Source: Gammaproteobacteria bacterium
Lineage (GTDB): Bacteria; Pseudomonadota; Gammaproteobacteria; GCA-002705445; GCA-002716945
NCBI GenBank assembly: GCA_002698665.1
Contig: NZZP01000007.1
Span: 1-50,586 of the forward strand
DNA length: 50,586 nt
Reading direction: 5' to 3'
Shown piece by piece: positions 17,617 through 27,363 of this stretch; the stretch's first letter is position 1, and every line of letters starts with the position of its first letter. The notes below the pieces were generated by a model. That model was not told the DNA's origin. It saw only the letters and a program-made list of their open reading frames with translations, and did no database searches. Position numbers and translations under genes: made by a program.

Positions 17617-20214
17617 ATGATATCAAATATATTTAAGAACATTTTTGGTAGTAGAAACAAGCGTATTTTAAAAGAATATGGCAAATATCTCCATGAAATT
17701 AATACGCTAGAAAAAACATATCAAAATTTAACGCAAGATGAATTTATTCAAGAGACAAAACATCTCAGAGATATTTATAAAAAAAATAATGATTTTTCAT
17801 CAATTCTTGCAAAAGCCTTTGCTCTAGTCAGAGAAGCGTCAGTAAGGACTTTAGGACTTAGGCACTTTGACGAACAATTATTAGGAGGAATTGCTCTCCA
17901 TCATGGAAAAATTGCAGAAATGAAAACAGGTGAGGGCAAAACTCTTGTATCTACTTTGCCTGCTTATTTAAATACACTGTCAGGTCAATCTGTTTTCATT
18001 GTCACAGTAAATGATTATCTAGCGCGGAGAGATTCACAATGGATGGGTGAAATTTATAATTATTTGGGTTTAAAAGTTGGGACCATCACTAATGACTTAT
18101 CACCCGAGGAAAAGAAAAAAATGTATCAGTGTGATATTATTTATGGAACAAATAATGAATTCGGATTTGATTATTTAAGAGACAATATGGTTTATGATAT
18201 AAACCAGAAAGTTCAAGGTAATTTGTCATATGCAATTATTGATGAAGTAGACTCTGTGCTAATAGATGAAGCTAGAACACCATTAGTGATATCAGGTTCT
18301 GCTGAAGAGACTAGTAATCTTTATGTAAAGCTCAATAAGATAAGCCAGCTTCTTATATCTAATAATAATGAAGAAAATCTATACATTATTGATGAAAAAC
18401 AAAAATCTGTTTCACTTACAGAAGAAGGACATTCAGAAATTGAAGAACTTCTTATGAAAAATAATCTATTAAATAGCAATGAAAGTCTTTATGATCCAAA
18501 AAATATTCAGTTACTTCATTTAATAGATGCATGCTTAAAAGCTAATTTACTATATCAAAAAGATGTTGACTATGTTGTAGAAGATAACTCAATTATCATC
18601 ATTGATGAATTCTCTGGAAGGAAGATGCCCGGCAGAAGGTGGTCTGAAGGATTACATCAATCTATTGAAGCTAAAGAAAAAGTAAAGATTCAAAATGAAA
18701 ATCAAACGTATGCTTCTATAACATTTCAGAATTATTTTAGACTATTTGATAAAATTAGTGGGATGACTGGTACAGCAGATACTGAAGCACCAGAATTTTT
18801 ACAAATCTATAACCTTGAAGTTGTTGTGTTACCAACTCATCAGAAAATGATAAGAAATGACCATGTAGACCTTGTTTATCTGAGCATCAAAGATAAATAT
18901 GATGCAATAATTCAAGAGGTCAAAAGAGTTCATGCTCTTGGGCAACCAATATTAATAGGTACTACGTCTATTGAATCATCTGAATTATTATCTAAACTTC
19001 TAAAAAGAGAAAAAATACCCCATTCAGTATTAAATGCTAAGCATCATCAAAAAGAGGCTGAAATTATTGCAAATGCAGGTAGATTATCATCAGTAACAAT
19101 AGCAACAAATATGGCTGGAAGAGGCACTGATATTGTTTTGGGTGGAAAAGTTATTGACTTAAATGCCGAGAACAATGTTGATGAAGTAAAAAAACTTGGT
19201 GGTTTATATATTATTGGAACTGAAAGACATGAGTCGAGGAGGGTTGATAATCAATTAAGAGGAAGAGCTGGTAGACAGGGTGACCCTGGTGAATCAAGAT
19301 TTTATTTGTCTTTAGAAGATAATCTCATGAGGATATTCGCTTCAGAAAAAGTGTCAGAAATTATGAAAAAGCTTGGTATGCAAGATGGAGAGGCTATAGA
19401 ACATAAGTGGGTCTCAAAATCAATTGAAAATGCTCAAAGAAGAGTTGAATCATATAATTTTGATATAAGGAAAACATTGCTTGAATATGATGATATTGCA
19501 AATGAACAAAGAAAAGCAATATATAATCAGAGAGACAGTATGTTGGAAGCAAAGGATCTTTCAGAGATATATATAAATATATTGCATCTTTGTTGTGAAG
19601 ATTTAATTAATAAATATATGACAGATATGCAACCAGCAAATGAATGGAATATTGAAGAACTTTATGAAGAAATTAATAGTAATTTCAATATGACCTTAAC
19701 TAATATTCAGATTGAAGATGATAATAATGATATTAAGTCAAAAACTCTTGATAATGTAAAAAAACAAATTAATGAAAAAATTCAAAACAATATAGGTGTT
19801 TTATCCATCAGTGATAAAAATGATCTTATGAGAAATATCTTTTTAAGTGTTATAGATGAGGATTGGAGAAATCATTTACAATCTATGGATTATTTACGTC
19901 AAGGGATAGGTTTGAGAAGTTATGCTCAAAAAAATCCTAAGAACGAATACAAGAGAGAGTCATTTGAAATGTTCGAAGAAATGTTGTCAATCAATAATTT
20001 CGAAATTATTAAAATATTAGCAAGAGTAAAAATAAATAATCCTATTATAGATAAACTAACAACTAAAGAGACAGGCACAAATAAGAATGATATGATATCA
20101 AAAAAATCAGATGATCCTAGATGTCTAGTAAATGTGCATGATGCAAATATACCTAGAAACAAAAAATGTCCTGTTACTAATATGAAGTTTAAACAATGTT
20201 GTGGTAAGTTATGA
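17617..20214 (+). CDS. secA: Preprotein translocase ATPase SecA
   Basis: MKTGEGKTL, a DEAD-like IDEVDSVLIDEARTPLVISG, TNMAGRGTDI and RGRAGRQGDPG are present. The protein is full length, with an atypical C-terminal Cys motif. Confidence 0.97.
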   Translation: MISNIFKNIFGSRNKRILKEYGKYLHEINTLEKTYQNLTQDEFIQETKHLRDIYKKNNDFSSILAKAFALVREASVRTLGLRHFDEQLLGGIALHHGKIAEMKTGEGKTLVSTLPAYLNTLSGQSVFIVTVNDYLARRDSQWMGEIYNYLGLKVGTITNDLSPEEKKKMYQCDIIYGTNNEFGFDYLRDNMVYDINQKVQGNLSYAIIDEVDSVLIDEARTPLVISGSAEETSNLYVKLNKISQLLISNNNEENLYIIDEKQKSVSLTEEGHSEIEELLMKNNLLNSNESLYDPKNIQLLHLIDACLKANLLYQKDVDYVVEDNSIIIIDEFSGRKMPGRRWSEGLHQSIEAKEKVKIQNENQTYASITFQNYFRLFDKISGMTGTADTEAPEFLQIYNLEVVVLPTHQKMIRNDHVDLVYLSIKDKYDAIIQEVKRVHALGQPILIGTTSIESSELLSKLLKREKIPHSVLNAKHHQKEAEIIANAGRLSSVTIATNMAGRGTDIVLGGKVIDLNAENNVDEVKKLGGLYIIGTERHESRRVDNQLRGRAGRQGDPGESRFYLSLEDNLMRIFASEKVSEIMKKLGMQDGEAIEHKWVSKSIENAQRRVESYNFDIRKTLLEYDDIANEQRKAIYNQRDSMLEAKDLSEIYINILHLCCEDLINKYMTDMQPANEWNIEELYEEINSNFNMTLTNIQIEDDNNDIKSKTLDNVKKQINEKIQNNIGVLSISDKNDLMRNIFLSVIDEDWRNHLQSMDYLRQGIGLRSYAQKNPKNEYKRESFEMFEEMLSINNFEIIKILARVKINNPIIDKLTTKETGTNKNDMISKKSDDPRCLVNVHDANIPRNKKCPVTNMKFKQCCGKL

Positions 20215-21380
20215 GTGAGAGAACTTTAATCGAATCATTTAATATCGGTATAAAAAAAGGCTGTGATGATAGTGTATGTTTTAGTATTCCAGATAATTCA
20301 TGTGTTTCGATAGTTACAACTAAAAATAAGTTTGCTGCTGCACCTGTCATTTTGTCTCGAAAACATATTAATTTAGCAAAACCAAAATATATTCTCGTTA
20401 ATTCAGGTAATGCTAATGCGTGTACAGGTCAGCAAGGCATTAATAATGCATTATTATGTATGAAAAACCTGTCTAAAAAGTTTCAATGTAAAAAAGAAAA
20501 TATTCTTATGTTTTCTACGGGTATTATTGGTAAACAATTGCCTATACAAAAAATGACTAATTTAATAAACAAAAAAACATTCAAATTTAAGTCTACGTGG
20601 AAGTCAGCGGCGAAAGCTATTATGACAACGGATTCAACTATTAAAAGTATCAAGAAATCCTTCTTAGTTGATAATAAAAAAATAACTATTAATGCTATAT
20701 GTAAAGGCGCAGGGATGATAGAGCCAAATATGGCAACTATGTTATCATTTATTGAGATTGATGCGAAAATTCCTAGAAGTAAGCTAAATTCTATTCTAAA
20801 AAAATCAGTAGACAAATCTTTCAATTCAATATCTGTTGATGGTGATATGTCTACAAATGATAGTGTTGTTCTAATTGCAAATGGAAAAAATCAAATTAAT
20901 TTTTCTAAAAACTCAAATATTATTAAAATCGAAAAAAATATTCTTGATATATGTCAAAATCTGTCAAAAAAAATAATATCAGATGGTGAAGGCGCAACAA
21001 AAATTATCACAATTTACATTAAAGGTTCAAAAAGTTATAAAGAAGCTAAAAAAATTGCATATTCTATCTCTAATTCTAATTTAATAAAAACCGCTATGTT
21101 TGGTAGTGATCCAAACTGGGGTAGAATTATTGCTCGTTTAGGTTCAATTGAAAACATAAATCTTATCCCAGAAAAAGTGATAATGAAAATTAATGGCCAC
21201 AATACCTTTTCAAGAGGAATGCAAGATAAGTTATGTGATTTAAAGCTACTTAATAAGTCTATGAAAAGAAGGGAAATAAGTATAGAAATATTGTTAAATT
21301 TAGGTAAATATGATTTTTCTATGATTACTTCAGACTTAACTACTAAATATGTCTCTATTAATTCTGAATACACTTCATAG
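20211..21380 (+). CDS. argJ: Bifunctional ornithine acetyltransferase / N-acetylglutamate synthase ArgJ
   Basis: NSGNANACTG, the autoprocessing site PNMATMLSFI, DGDMSTNDS and DPNWGRI are present. Confidence 0.92.
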   Translation: MSERTLIESFNIGIKKGCDDSVCFSIPDNSCVSIVTTKNKFAAAPVILSRKHINLAKPKYILVNSGNANACTGQQGINNALLCMKNLSKKFQCKKENILMFSTGIIGKQLPIQKMTNLINKKTFKFKSTWKSAAKAIMTTDSTIKSIKKSFLVDNKKITINAICKGAGMIEPNMATMLSFIEIDAKIPRSKLNSILKKSVDKSFNSISVDGDMSTNDSVVLIANGKNQINFSKNSNIIKIEKNILDICQNLSKKIISDGEGATKIITIYIKGSKSYKEAKKIAYSISNSNLIKTAMFGSDPNWGRIIARLGSIENINLIPEKVIMKINGHNTFSRGMQDKLCDLKLLNKSMKRREISIEILLNLGKYDFSMITSDLTTKYVSINSEYTS

Positions 21381-21382
21381 TT

Positions 21383-22300
21383 ATGAATAGACAAATCAAT
21401 TGCGCCGTAGCATTAATTAAAATTAATCAAAAATATTTGTTTTCAAAGAGACATAAGAATCCATATAAGAATTTTTATGAATTTCCTGGTGGAAAAATTG
21501 AAGATAATGAGACACCATCAGACGCTATTCAGAGAGAATGTTATGAAGAATTGGATATACGTCTTACTAGCTTTAATTATAAAGGCAGGATAACTCATAA
21601 TTATCCAGAAATTTCAGTTATAATTCATATTTTTGAGATTATTTCATTCACGGGTATAATCAAATCTAATGAAAATCAAGATATTGAATTATTTTTACCT
21701 GAATTAATATCAGGGCCTTTTCTTGATTCTACTCATAGGATACTAAAATACATTTCACTTCCAAGATATGCGTTAATTACTCCGAAGGCATACTCGCAAA
21801 ATAGACAACTTGCTTTACATTCAACATCTGATGAATTTATTTTAAGAATTAGATCTCTTGATCTAAATGAAGAAGAATATATCAATCATATAGATTATTA
21901 TATTAATCTCTATGGTTATAGATGTAATTTTATGATTGATTTAAAATATACAAAATTAGCTTATGCGTATGATATTCAAGGTATACATTATAGTTCTAAT
22001 GATTTGAAATTGCTCGAAACTAGATTGGATCACAGCCGCTCTATAATATATTCCACTTCCTGTCATAACACCGAAGAAGTCATGCTTGCTAATAAGTATA
22101 ATTTCGATTTTATCTATATTTCTCCAGTTCAAAAAGATAAGTTTTCAAATAAAAAAATTAATTGGGATGGTTTTAAGTTTTTAAGTGATAAGGCGTATAT
22201 GCCAACATTTGCGCTAGGTGGCTTGAATATTAATGATTTAGATGAATCATTAAAGTCATCTGGTTATGGAATATCAGGTATATCAAACTTTTGGAATTAA
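21383..22300 (+). CDS. mutT: Nudix (MutT-like 8-oxo-dGTP diphosphatase) fused to a ThiE/TenI-like domain
   Basis: The Nudix box GGKIEDNETPSDAIQRECYEELDI lies in the N-terminal half. The C-terminal half resembles the thiamine-phosphate synthase-like fold (SCHN..E, FALGGL). The secA-argJ-mutT synteny is as in pseudomonads. Confidence 0.72.
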   Translation: MNRQINCAVALIKINQKYLFSKRHKNPYKNFYEFPGGKIEDNETPSDAIQRECYEELDIRLTSFNYKGRITHNYPEISVIIHIFEIISFTGIIKSNENQDIELFLPELISGPFLDSTHRILKYISLPRYALITPKAYSQNRQLALHSTSDEFILRIRSLDLNEEEYINHIDYYINLYGYRCNFMIDLKYTKLAYAYDIQGIHYSSNDLKLLETRLDHSRSIIYSTSCHNTEEVMLANKYNFDFIYISPVQKDKFSNKKINWDGFKFLSDKAYMPTFALGGLNINDLDESLKSSGYGISGISNFWN

Positions 22301-22302
22301 AT

Positions 22303-23070
22303 TCAGAGAGAACAGATTGATAAAACAAACGAGACATCTTCCTGATGTGGTATAAAATTATTTTTATCATCTTTAGTCATGAACATGATATTTAGGCGTT
22401 GTTTTCCAACACTTATCTGTGGATAATAATACACATCAGATGTAAGAGTAACTCTTATCAGTAAAATATTCTTTTTTTGATCGAGCTTTTCGATAATGAA
22501 ACCTTTTGTTGCTAACTTGTCTTGGATATTCCCAGACTTTCTTACAAGATCTAGAATAAAATCAATAGACTTCTTAATAAACATTAAAGGCTCTATCCAA
22601 AGATCAATTTGTGTTTCTCTGAACATAATATCTCTTGTAAACCAAAACTCTACAGATGATGGCTGGATTTGTGATAATGTGTTTTTAGATAAAGTCTTAA
22701 AAACAATATCATTTTCTAAATAATCTAGATAATTAGATTTAACAGAATAGGTTAAATCTAAAAGAGCTTTCTGTTTTTCTAAGATCGAGTGCAGTTTATC
22801 ACTATCTGCATCTGGTAAATCTTTTATTTTTTTAAAATAAGTATTATGAGTTTCAATTTCCCTTATAAGCTCGGATTTTATATCACTTCTCGATAATAGT
22901 TCATGAAGTTCACATAACGCAGATATAGATTGATAACTTTCAATTTTATTTTCTTTAGATTTAAAAAAGATTATTCTAGCAAATAAAGCCTCTATTCGAA
23001 TAAATTTCCTTATCTTTTCTTGCGCAGGCTCCTCGTAAACTGAAACTTGATTATCCGACAAATTATCCAT
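22303..23070 (-). CDS. zapD: Cell division protein ZapD (YacF family)
   Basis: VYEEPAQEKIRKFIRIEALF matches the ZapD N-terminal signature, and the gene has the classical position next to coaE. I chose the start at the internal ATG overlapping the coaE stop. Confidence 0.72.
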   Translation of the reverse strand: MDNLSDNQVSVYEEPAQEKIRKFIRIEALFARIIFFKSKENKIESYQSISALCELHELLSRSDIKSELIREIETHNTYFKKIKDLPDADSDKLHSILEKQKALLDLTYSVKSNYLDYLENDIVFKTLSKNTLSQIQPSSVEFWFTRDIMFRETQIDLWIEPLMFIKKSIDFILDLVRKSGNIQDKLATKGFIIEKLDQKKNILLIRVTLTSDVYYYPQISVGKQRLNIMFMTKDDKNNFIPHQEDVSFVLSICSL

Positions 23071-23647
23071 TTTCAAAAACTCTATATAAATTATCAAATC
23101 TTTTCTTCAAGCTATCAATAGTATCATTATTTATAAGAATATAATCACTATTTTTTTTATAAAAAATATTACTAGCTTGCATTTTATTTATAGTTTCAAA
23201 TGTTTGAGATTTATGTTTAGTATTTATTAGATACCTTTGTAATCTTTTCTCATATGTTGAACTTATAAAGATAATATCAGATTTAAAATTTCTACCTTTT
23301 AATGTTTCTATCAATGGTATTTCTATGACAATATTCTTCTTATTGTACTTTTTAACTAATCTATTTAGATTACTATAAAAGATAGGATGAATGATTTCAT
23401 CAATTAACTTTTTATTTTCTTTAGATTTCAAAAATATGCTTTTCAACATATTTAATGAGACGGTATTATTTCTCATAATTCCATCTCCAAAAATCTTGAT
23501 TAATTTTTTTATAACTGATTTGTTTTTTGTAATTATTTCTTTTGCCTCTTGGTCTGCATTAAATATCATGTAACCTTTTTTATGAAACATTTTGGTAACA
23601 GTAGTTTTGCCTGAATTAATTGGTCCAGTTACAATAATCTTATGCAT
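23063..23647 (-). CDS. coaE: Dephospho-CoA kinase
   Basis: Has the P-loop TGPINSGKTTV near the N-terminus. Length and synteny with zapD fit CoaE. Confidence 0.88.
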   Translation of the reverse strand: MHKIIVTGPINSGKTTVTKMFHKKGYMIFNADQEAKEIITKNKSVIKKLIKIFGDGIMRNNTVSLNMLKSIFLKSKENKKLIDEIIHPIFYSNLNRLVKKYNKKNIVIEIPLIETLKGRNFKSDIIFISSTYEKRLQRYLINTKHKSQTFETINKMQASNIFYKKNSDYILINNDTIDSLKKRFDNLYRVFENG

Positions 23648-23733
23648 GGCTATCTGAAGATTATTGTCAATATTATTCCAATTGACATTATAATAGATAA
23701 TGTTATTAAGAGTGGTATTCTATTCATAAATAA

Positions 23734-23931
23734 TTATTTGTAGTTTTTGCATGCTTTAAAATTCTTACCATTATTAGTACAATGCTCCTCCTGTGCTACA
23801 TAAGCTTCGCAATATTTACAATACTCAATGCTCTTTTTACCGGAAGACTTGCCTATCTTACCTTTTTTAAATAAACTTTTTAGGAGTATGTAAACTAAAA
23901 AGACTACTAAAACTAATATTATTATACGCAT
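23734..23931 (-). CDS. Small membrane-anchored Cys-rich protein (CxxC-x9-C-x9-C), function unknown
   Basis: A 65-aa protein with an N-terminal TM helix (IIILVLVVFLVYILL), a Lys-rich linker, then YCKYCEAYVAQEEHCTNNGKNFKAC. It lies upstream of, and co-oriented with, coaE-zapD. Confidence 0.5.
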   Translation of the reverse strand: MRIIILVLVVFLVYILLKSLFKKGKIGKSSGKKSIEYCKYCEAYVAQEEHCTNNGKNFKACKNYK

Positions 23932-24038
23932 AATTTTATTATGAATGGTATTTTTTTAATATTATAGACTATAATATATGTGTCTATACAATATTTTAGT
24001 ATATTGTTTAGACTTATTTTCTTGATAAACTATTATAA

Positions 24039-24791
24039 ATGGACACACGTAAAGTTATAAATCATATAGTTGGCTGGCTCTCAAGTTATGTAGAGAATAA
24101 AGCGCCAAATAATCAAACTTTTGTTATTGGTATATCTGGTGGTATAGACTCATCACTTACCAGTACTTTATGTGCGATGACAGGAAAAAAAACTGTTGTC
24201 ATTATGATGCCTTTACATTCATCAAAAATGTCATTAAGTAAAGGGCATGCTAATTTTCTAAGTAAACAGTTTGATAATGTAGAAGTTTTGGAAATTAATC
24301 TCGATGAACCATTTGATATTTTTAAGAGAATATGTGACGCAAAAAAACTATCAAGTGATCTTGGTTTTGCGAATTCTAAATCTAGATTTAGGATGTTATT
24401 GTTATATCAAGCAGCTGCATCTTATTCTGGGTTAGTAGTTGGTACCGGTAATAAAGTAGAAGATTTTGGTGTTGGTTTTTATACTAAGTATGGAGATGGT
24501 GGTGTAGATATTGCCCCTATTGCAGATCTTTCAAAAACTGAGGTTAGTGACCTTGCAAAAGAATTAAACATAGACTCAGCTATAATTGAAGCTCCACCAT
24601 CAGATGGTTTGTGGTCTGATAATAGAACAGATGAAAAGCAACTAGGTCTATCTTATAAAGAAATAGAGGAAGCAATGGTTAATGATAAAAGCGAAAACAG
24701 GGAAAAGTATTTATCTATACGATCAAAAAATCTTCATAAAATGGAACCTATTCCAGTATGTTATATTGATGATAAAATTAAAAATAGTTAA
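24039..24791 (+). CDS. nadE: NH3-dependent NAD+ synthetase
   Basis: Has the PP-loop GISGGIDSS plus GTGNKVEDFGVGFYTKYGDGG and ADLSKTEV. Confidence 0.9.
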   Translation: MDTRKVINHIVGWLSSYVENKAPNNQTFVIGISGGIDSSLTSTLCAMTGKKTVVIMMPLHSSKMSLSKGHANFLSKQFDNVEVLEINLDEPFDIFKRICDAKKLSSDLGFANSKSRFRMLLLYQAAASYSGLVVGTGNKVEDFGVGFYTKYGDGGVDIAPIADLSKTEVSDLAKELNIDSAIIEAPPSDGLWSDNRTDEKQLGLSYKEIEEAMVNDKSENREKYLSIRSKNLHKMEPIPVCYIDDKIKNS

Positions 24792-25659
24792 ATATATTTA
24801 AATATTCTAGCCAAGAAGAATCTTCTTCGTTAACTGGATCAACAAATCTTTTTTCTGATAATTTAGAATCTTTTGAAACCAAGATAACTTCTCCTCTTTT
24901 GTCAATATTATATTCAGAAAAATTTTGTTTTAAGACTCTGGCAGCATCATATGCCAAATCATACATTTCTAATTTATTATAACTTTCAACTAGGAGTAAC
25001 AATGCTGATTCTGTGCTAGAAGACCCTCCATAGTTTTTTAACAAATACTTAATTCTTTCAACTGTAGCAACATAAGCTAATCTTTTACTGTAATATTTTG
25101 CAATATATAATTCATTTGCAGCCATCATGTTTTTTATATATATAAGTCTATTTCTTGAATCTTTAGCGTATTTGCTATTTGGGAATTTATTAATTACAAT
25201 TGTGAAATCATCAAACGATTGTCTTAATCTTGAAGTATCATATTTTGAAGCATCTTGGGCAAATAATTTTGTAATAAAATTCGAATCTTTATCAAAATTA
25301 GCTAAAGCTCTCAGATAATATGCATATGAAACATTAGGGTGATTTGGATACAATCTGATAAATCTATCACAATTCACTATCGCTTCTTCATTCAGATTAG
25401 ATCTATAAGCGGCATAAGCTAAGTCTAACATTGCTTGGGTTGCATACTTTCCAAATGGATATCTAGCTTCTAATAAATCGAAATATTTAATAGCATTTGG
25501 ATAGTCCTCTGCATCCAAAAAATCTTTACCTAAATCATAAATTTGCGCAGGTGTCATACCAACGGTTGGATCTGCCTCTTTAAAGGCATTTTCCCAATAT
25601 GAACAGCCAGAAATTAATATCATTAGAGCGATGTTATTAAGGAGTATTTTTGCTTTCAT
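24778..25659 (-). CDS. bamD: Outer membrane protein assembly factor BamD (lipoprotein, TPR-like)
   Basis: Has the lipobox LISGCS and TPR-like repeats (DYPNAIKYFDLLEARYPFGKYATQA). It has the canonical divergent arrangement with rluD-pgeF. Confidence 0.85.
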   Translation of the reverse strand: MKAKILLNNIALMILISGCSYWENAFKEADPTVGMTPAQIYDLGKDFLDAEDYPNAIKYFDLLEARYPFGKYATQAMLDLAYAAYRSNLNEEAIVNCDRFIRLYPNHPNVSYAYYLRALANFDKDSNFITKLFAQDASKYDTSRLRQSFDDFTIVINKFPNSKYAKDSRNRLIYIKNMMAANELYIAKYYSKRLAYVATVERIKYLLKNYGGSSSTESALLLLVESYNKLEMYDLAYDAARVLKQNFSEYNIDKRGEVILVSKDSKLSEKRFVDPVNEEDSSWLEYLNIFNYF

Positions 25660-25694
25660 TTTGTTATTATAGATTAGTTACAGAGGAATGTATC

Positions 25695-26651
25695 ATGAAA
25701 AATGTTACTTTTTATAAATTTAATCTTGAGCCTAGTAATAACTTAAGGCTGGATCAATTGATATCACAAAAATTACCAGAGTATTCTCGTTCAAGAATTA
25801 AAAATTGGATGATAGATAAAAAAATTTTAGTCAATGGTGAAGCTTGTAGCCCTGATCAGAAAATTTCACAAGCTTGTTCCGTTGAAGTTGAATTTTCACC
25901 GATTGAATCGATAGAAATAGGACCAGAAGACATTCCAATTGATGTAGCTTATGAAGACCAAGATATATTAATTATCAATAAAGCTTGTGGCATGGTGACT
26001 CATGCTGCACCAGGTAACTTTTCAGGGACGATGCAGAATGCTCTACTATATAGATACCCAGAATTAAAATCTGTGCCACGTTCAGGAATTATTCATAGAC
26101 TTGATAAGCATACGTCAGGTCTGCTTATTATTGCTAGATCACTTGAGTCTCATAATACTCTTGTTAAACAAATGCATGACAGAAAGATTAAGAAGAAATA
26201 TCTTTCATTAGTTACTGGAATCATATCAAATATAAGTTCAGTAGACAGAAGTATTGGACGCCATACAATTAATAGAAAGAAAATGGCTGTATCTGATAAA
26301 GGAAAACATGCTCTTACAAAAATACATGTCTTAAATAGATATGAAAAAGCATCATTTTTAGAAATTGATTTGATAACAGGCCGCACTCATCAAATTAGAG
26401 TACATTTGTCTTACCTAGGCCATCCAGTCATAGGTGACAAGTTATATGGTTTCAAGAAATCATTTTTTAAAAAATATCAAAGTCTTACAAAATTCTTTGA
26501 CAAATATGAATCTAATGCTCTACATGCCGCATCACTCAATTTTCGGCATCCTAGAAATAATAGACCGCTATTTATTGAAAGCGATCCACCAAATGATTTT
26601 AATTATATAAAGAGAAATCTAGAGGATTTAAGTTATGACAATCCAATATAA
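25695..26651 (+). CDS. rluD: 23S rRNA pseudouridine synthase RluD
   Basis: Has an S4-like N-terminus (RLDQLIS...SRSRIKNWM), the catalytic motif HRLDKHTSGLLIIA, and GRTHQIRVHL. I chose the start at the MKNVTF ATG. Confidence 0.9.
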   Translation: MKNVTFYKFNLEPSNNLRLDQLISQKLPEYSRSRIKNWMIDKKILVNGEACSPDQKISQACSVEVEFSPIESIEIGPEDIPIDVAYEDQDILIINKACGMVTHAAPGNFSGTMQNALLYRYPELKSVPRSGIIHRLDKHTSGLLIIARSLESHNTLVKQMHDRKIKKKYLSLVTGIISNISSVDRSIGRHTINRKKMAVSDKGKHALTKIHVLNRYEKASFLEIDLITGRTHQIRVHLSYLGHPVIGDKLYGFKKSFFKKYQSLTKFFDKYESNALHAASLNFRHPRNNRPLFIESDPPNDFNYIKRNLEDLSYDNPI

Positions 26652-27360
26652 AAAACCTTCATGGGATATACCTGATAATATTAGAGCATACTATACAACT
26701 AGAATAGGAGGATCAAGCAAAAATAATTACCGCTATTCTAATTTAAGTTTAGACGTAGGTGATGCTCAGACTAATGTCAAAAAAAATCGTAATGAATTAA
26801 AAAAACTTCTAGGTTATAAATTAAATCCTTGTTGGATGAAACAGATCCATAGTTCTTATATTAAAAAAGTGAGTGAAGATACTACTAATGTTGTATGTGA
26901 TAGCACATATACGGATGTTCCGGGCCTACCCTGTGTAGTTCTATCCGCTGATTGTTTACCTATATTAGTATGTAATAAAAATGGTTCCAAGGTCGGTGTT
27001 ATTCATGTTGGTTGGAGAGGGCTCCATAATGGTATTATTTCTAAGTTCGTCAAGAGATTTTCAAAAAATCCTAATGAAATTATTTGTTGGATAGGGCCAT
27101 CAATTACTCCTGATAATTATATTGTTAAGGAAGACGTATATAATAAACTCTCAAAAATATCAAAAAAAATATTTACCAAAAATGAAAGTGATACATGGAA
27201 GCTAAACCTAAGAATGTGTGCTTCATTAATACTTAAGAGAGAAGGCGTTAGAAAAATATTCGGTGATGAAATGTGTACCTATCAAAATCTAAACCTATAT
27301 TATTCCTATCGGGCACAAAATATTACAGGTAGAATTGCATCTCTTATTTGGATAGAATAA
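26635..27360 (+). CDS. pgeF: YfiH/PgeF family laccase-domain protein
   Basis: QIHS..., SADCLPILV and HVGWRGL motifs are present, in the canonical position after rluD. Confidence 0.85.
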   Translation: MTIQYKKPSWDIPDNIRAYYTTRIGGSSKNNYRYSNLSLDVGDAQTNVKKNRNELKKLLGYKLNPCWMKQIHSSYIKKVSEDTTNVVCDSTYTDVPGLPCVVLSADCLPILVCNKNGSKVGVIHVGWRGLHNGIISKFVKRFSKNPNEIICWIGPSITPDNYIVKEDVYNKLSKISKKIFTKNESDTWKLNLRMCASLILKREGVRKIFGDEMCTYQNLNLYYSYRAQNITGRIASLIWIE

Positions 27361-27363
27361 ACT

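Noticed and set aside
21383-22300. The Nudix-ThiE-like two-domain fusion as a possible novel architecture.
   Set aside because: The same MutT-plus-ThiE-like fusion occurs downstream of secA-argJ in other gammaproteobacteria such as pseudomonads, so it is a known conserved arrangement.
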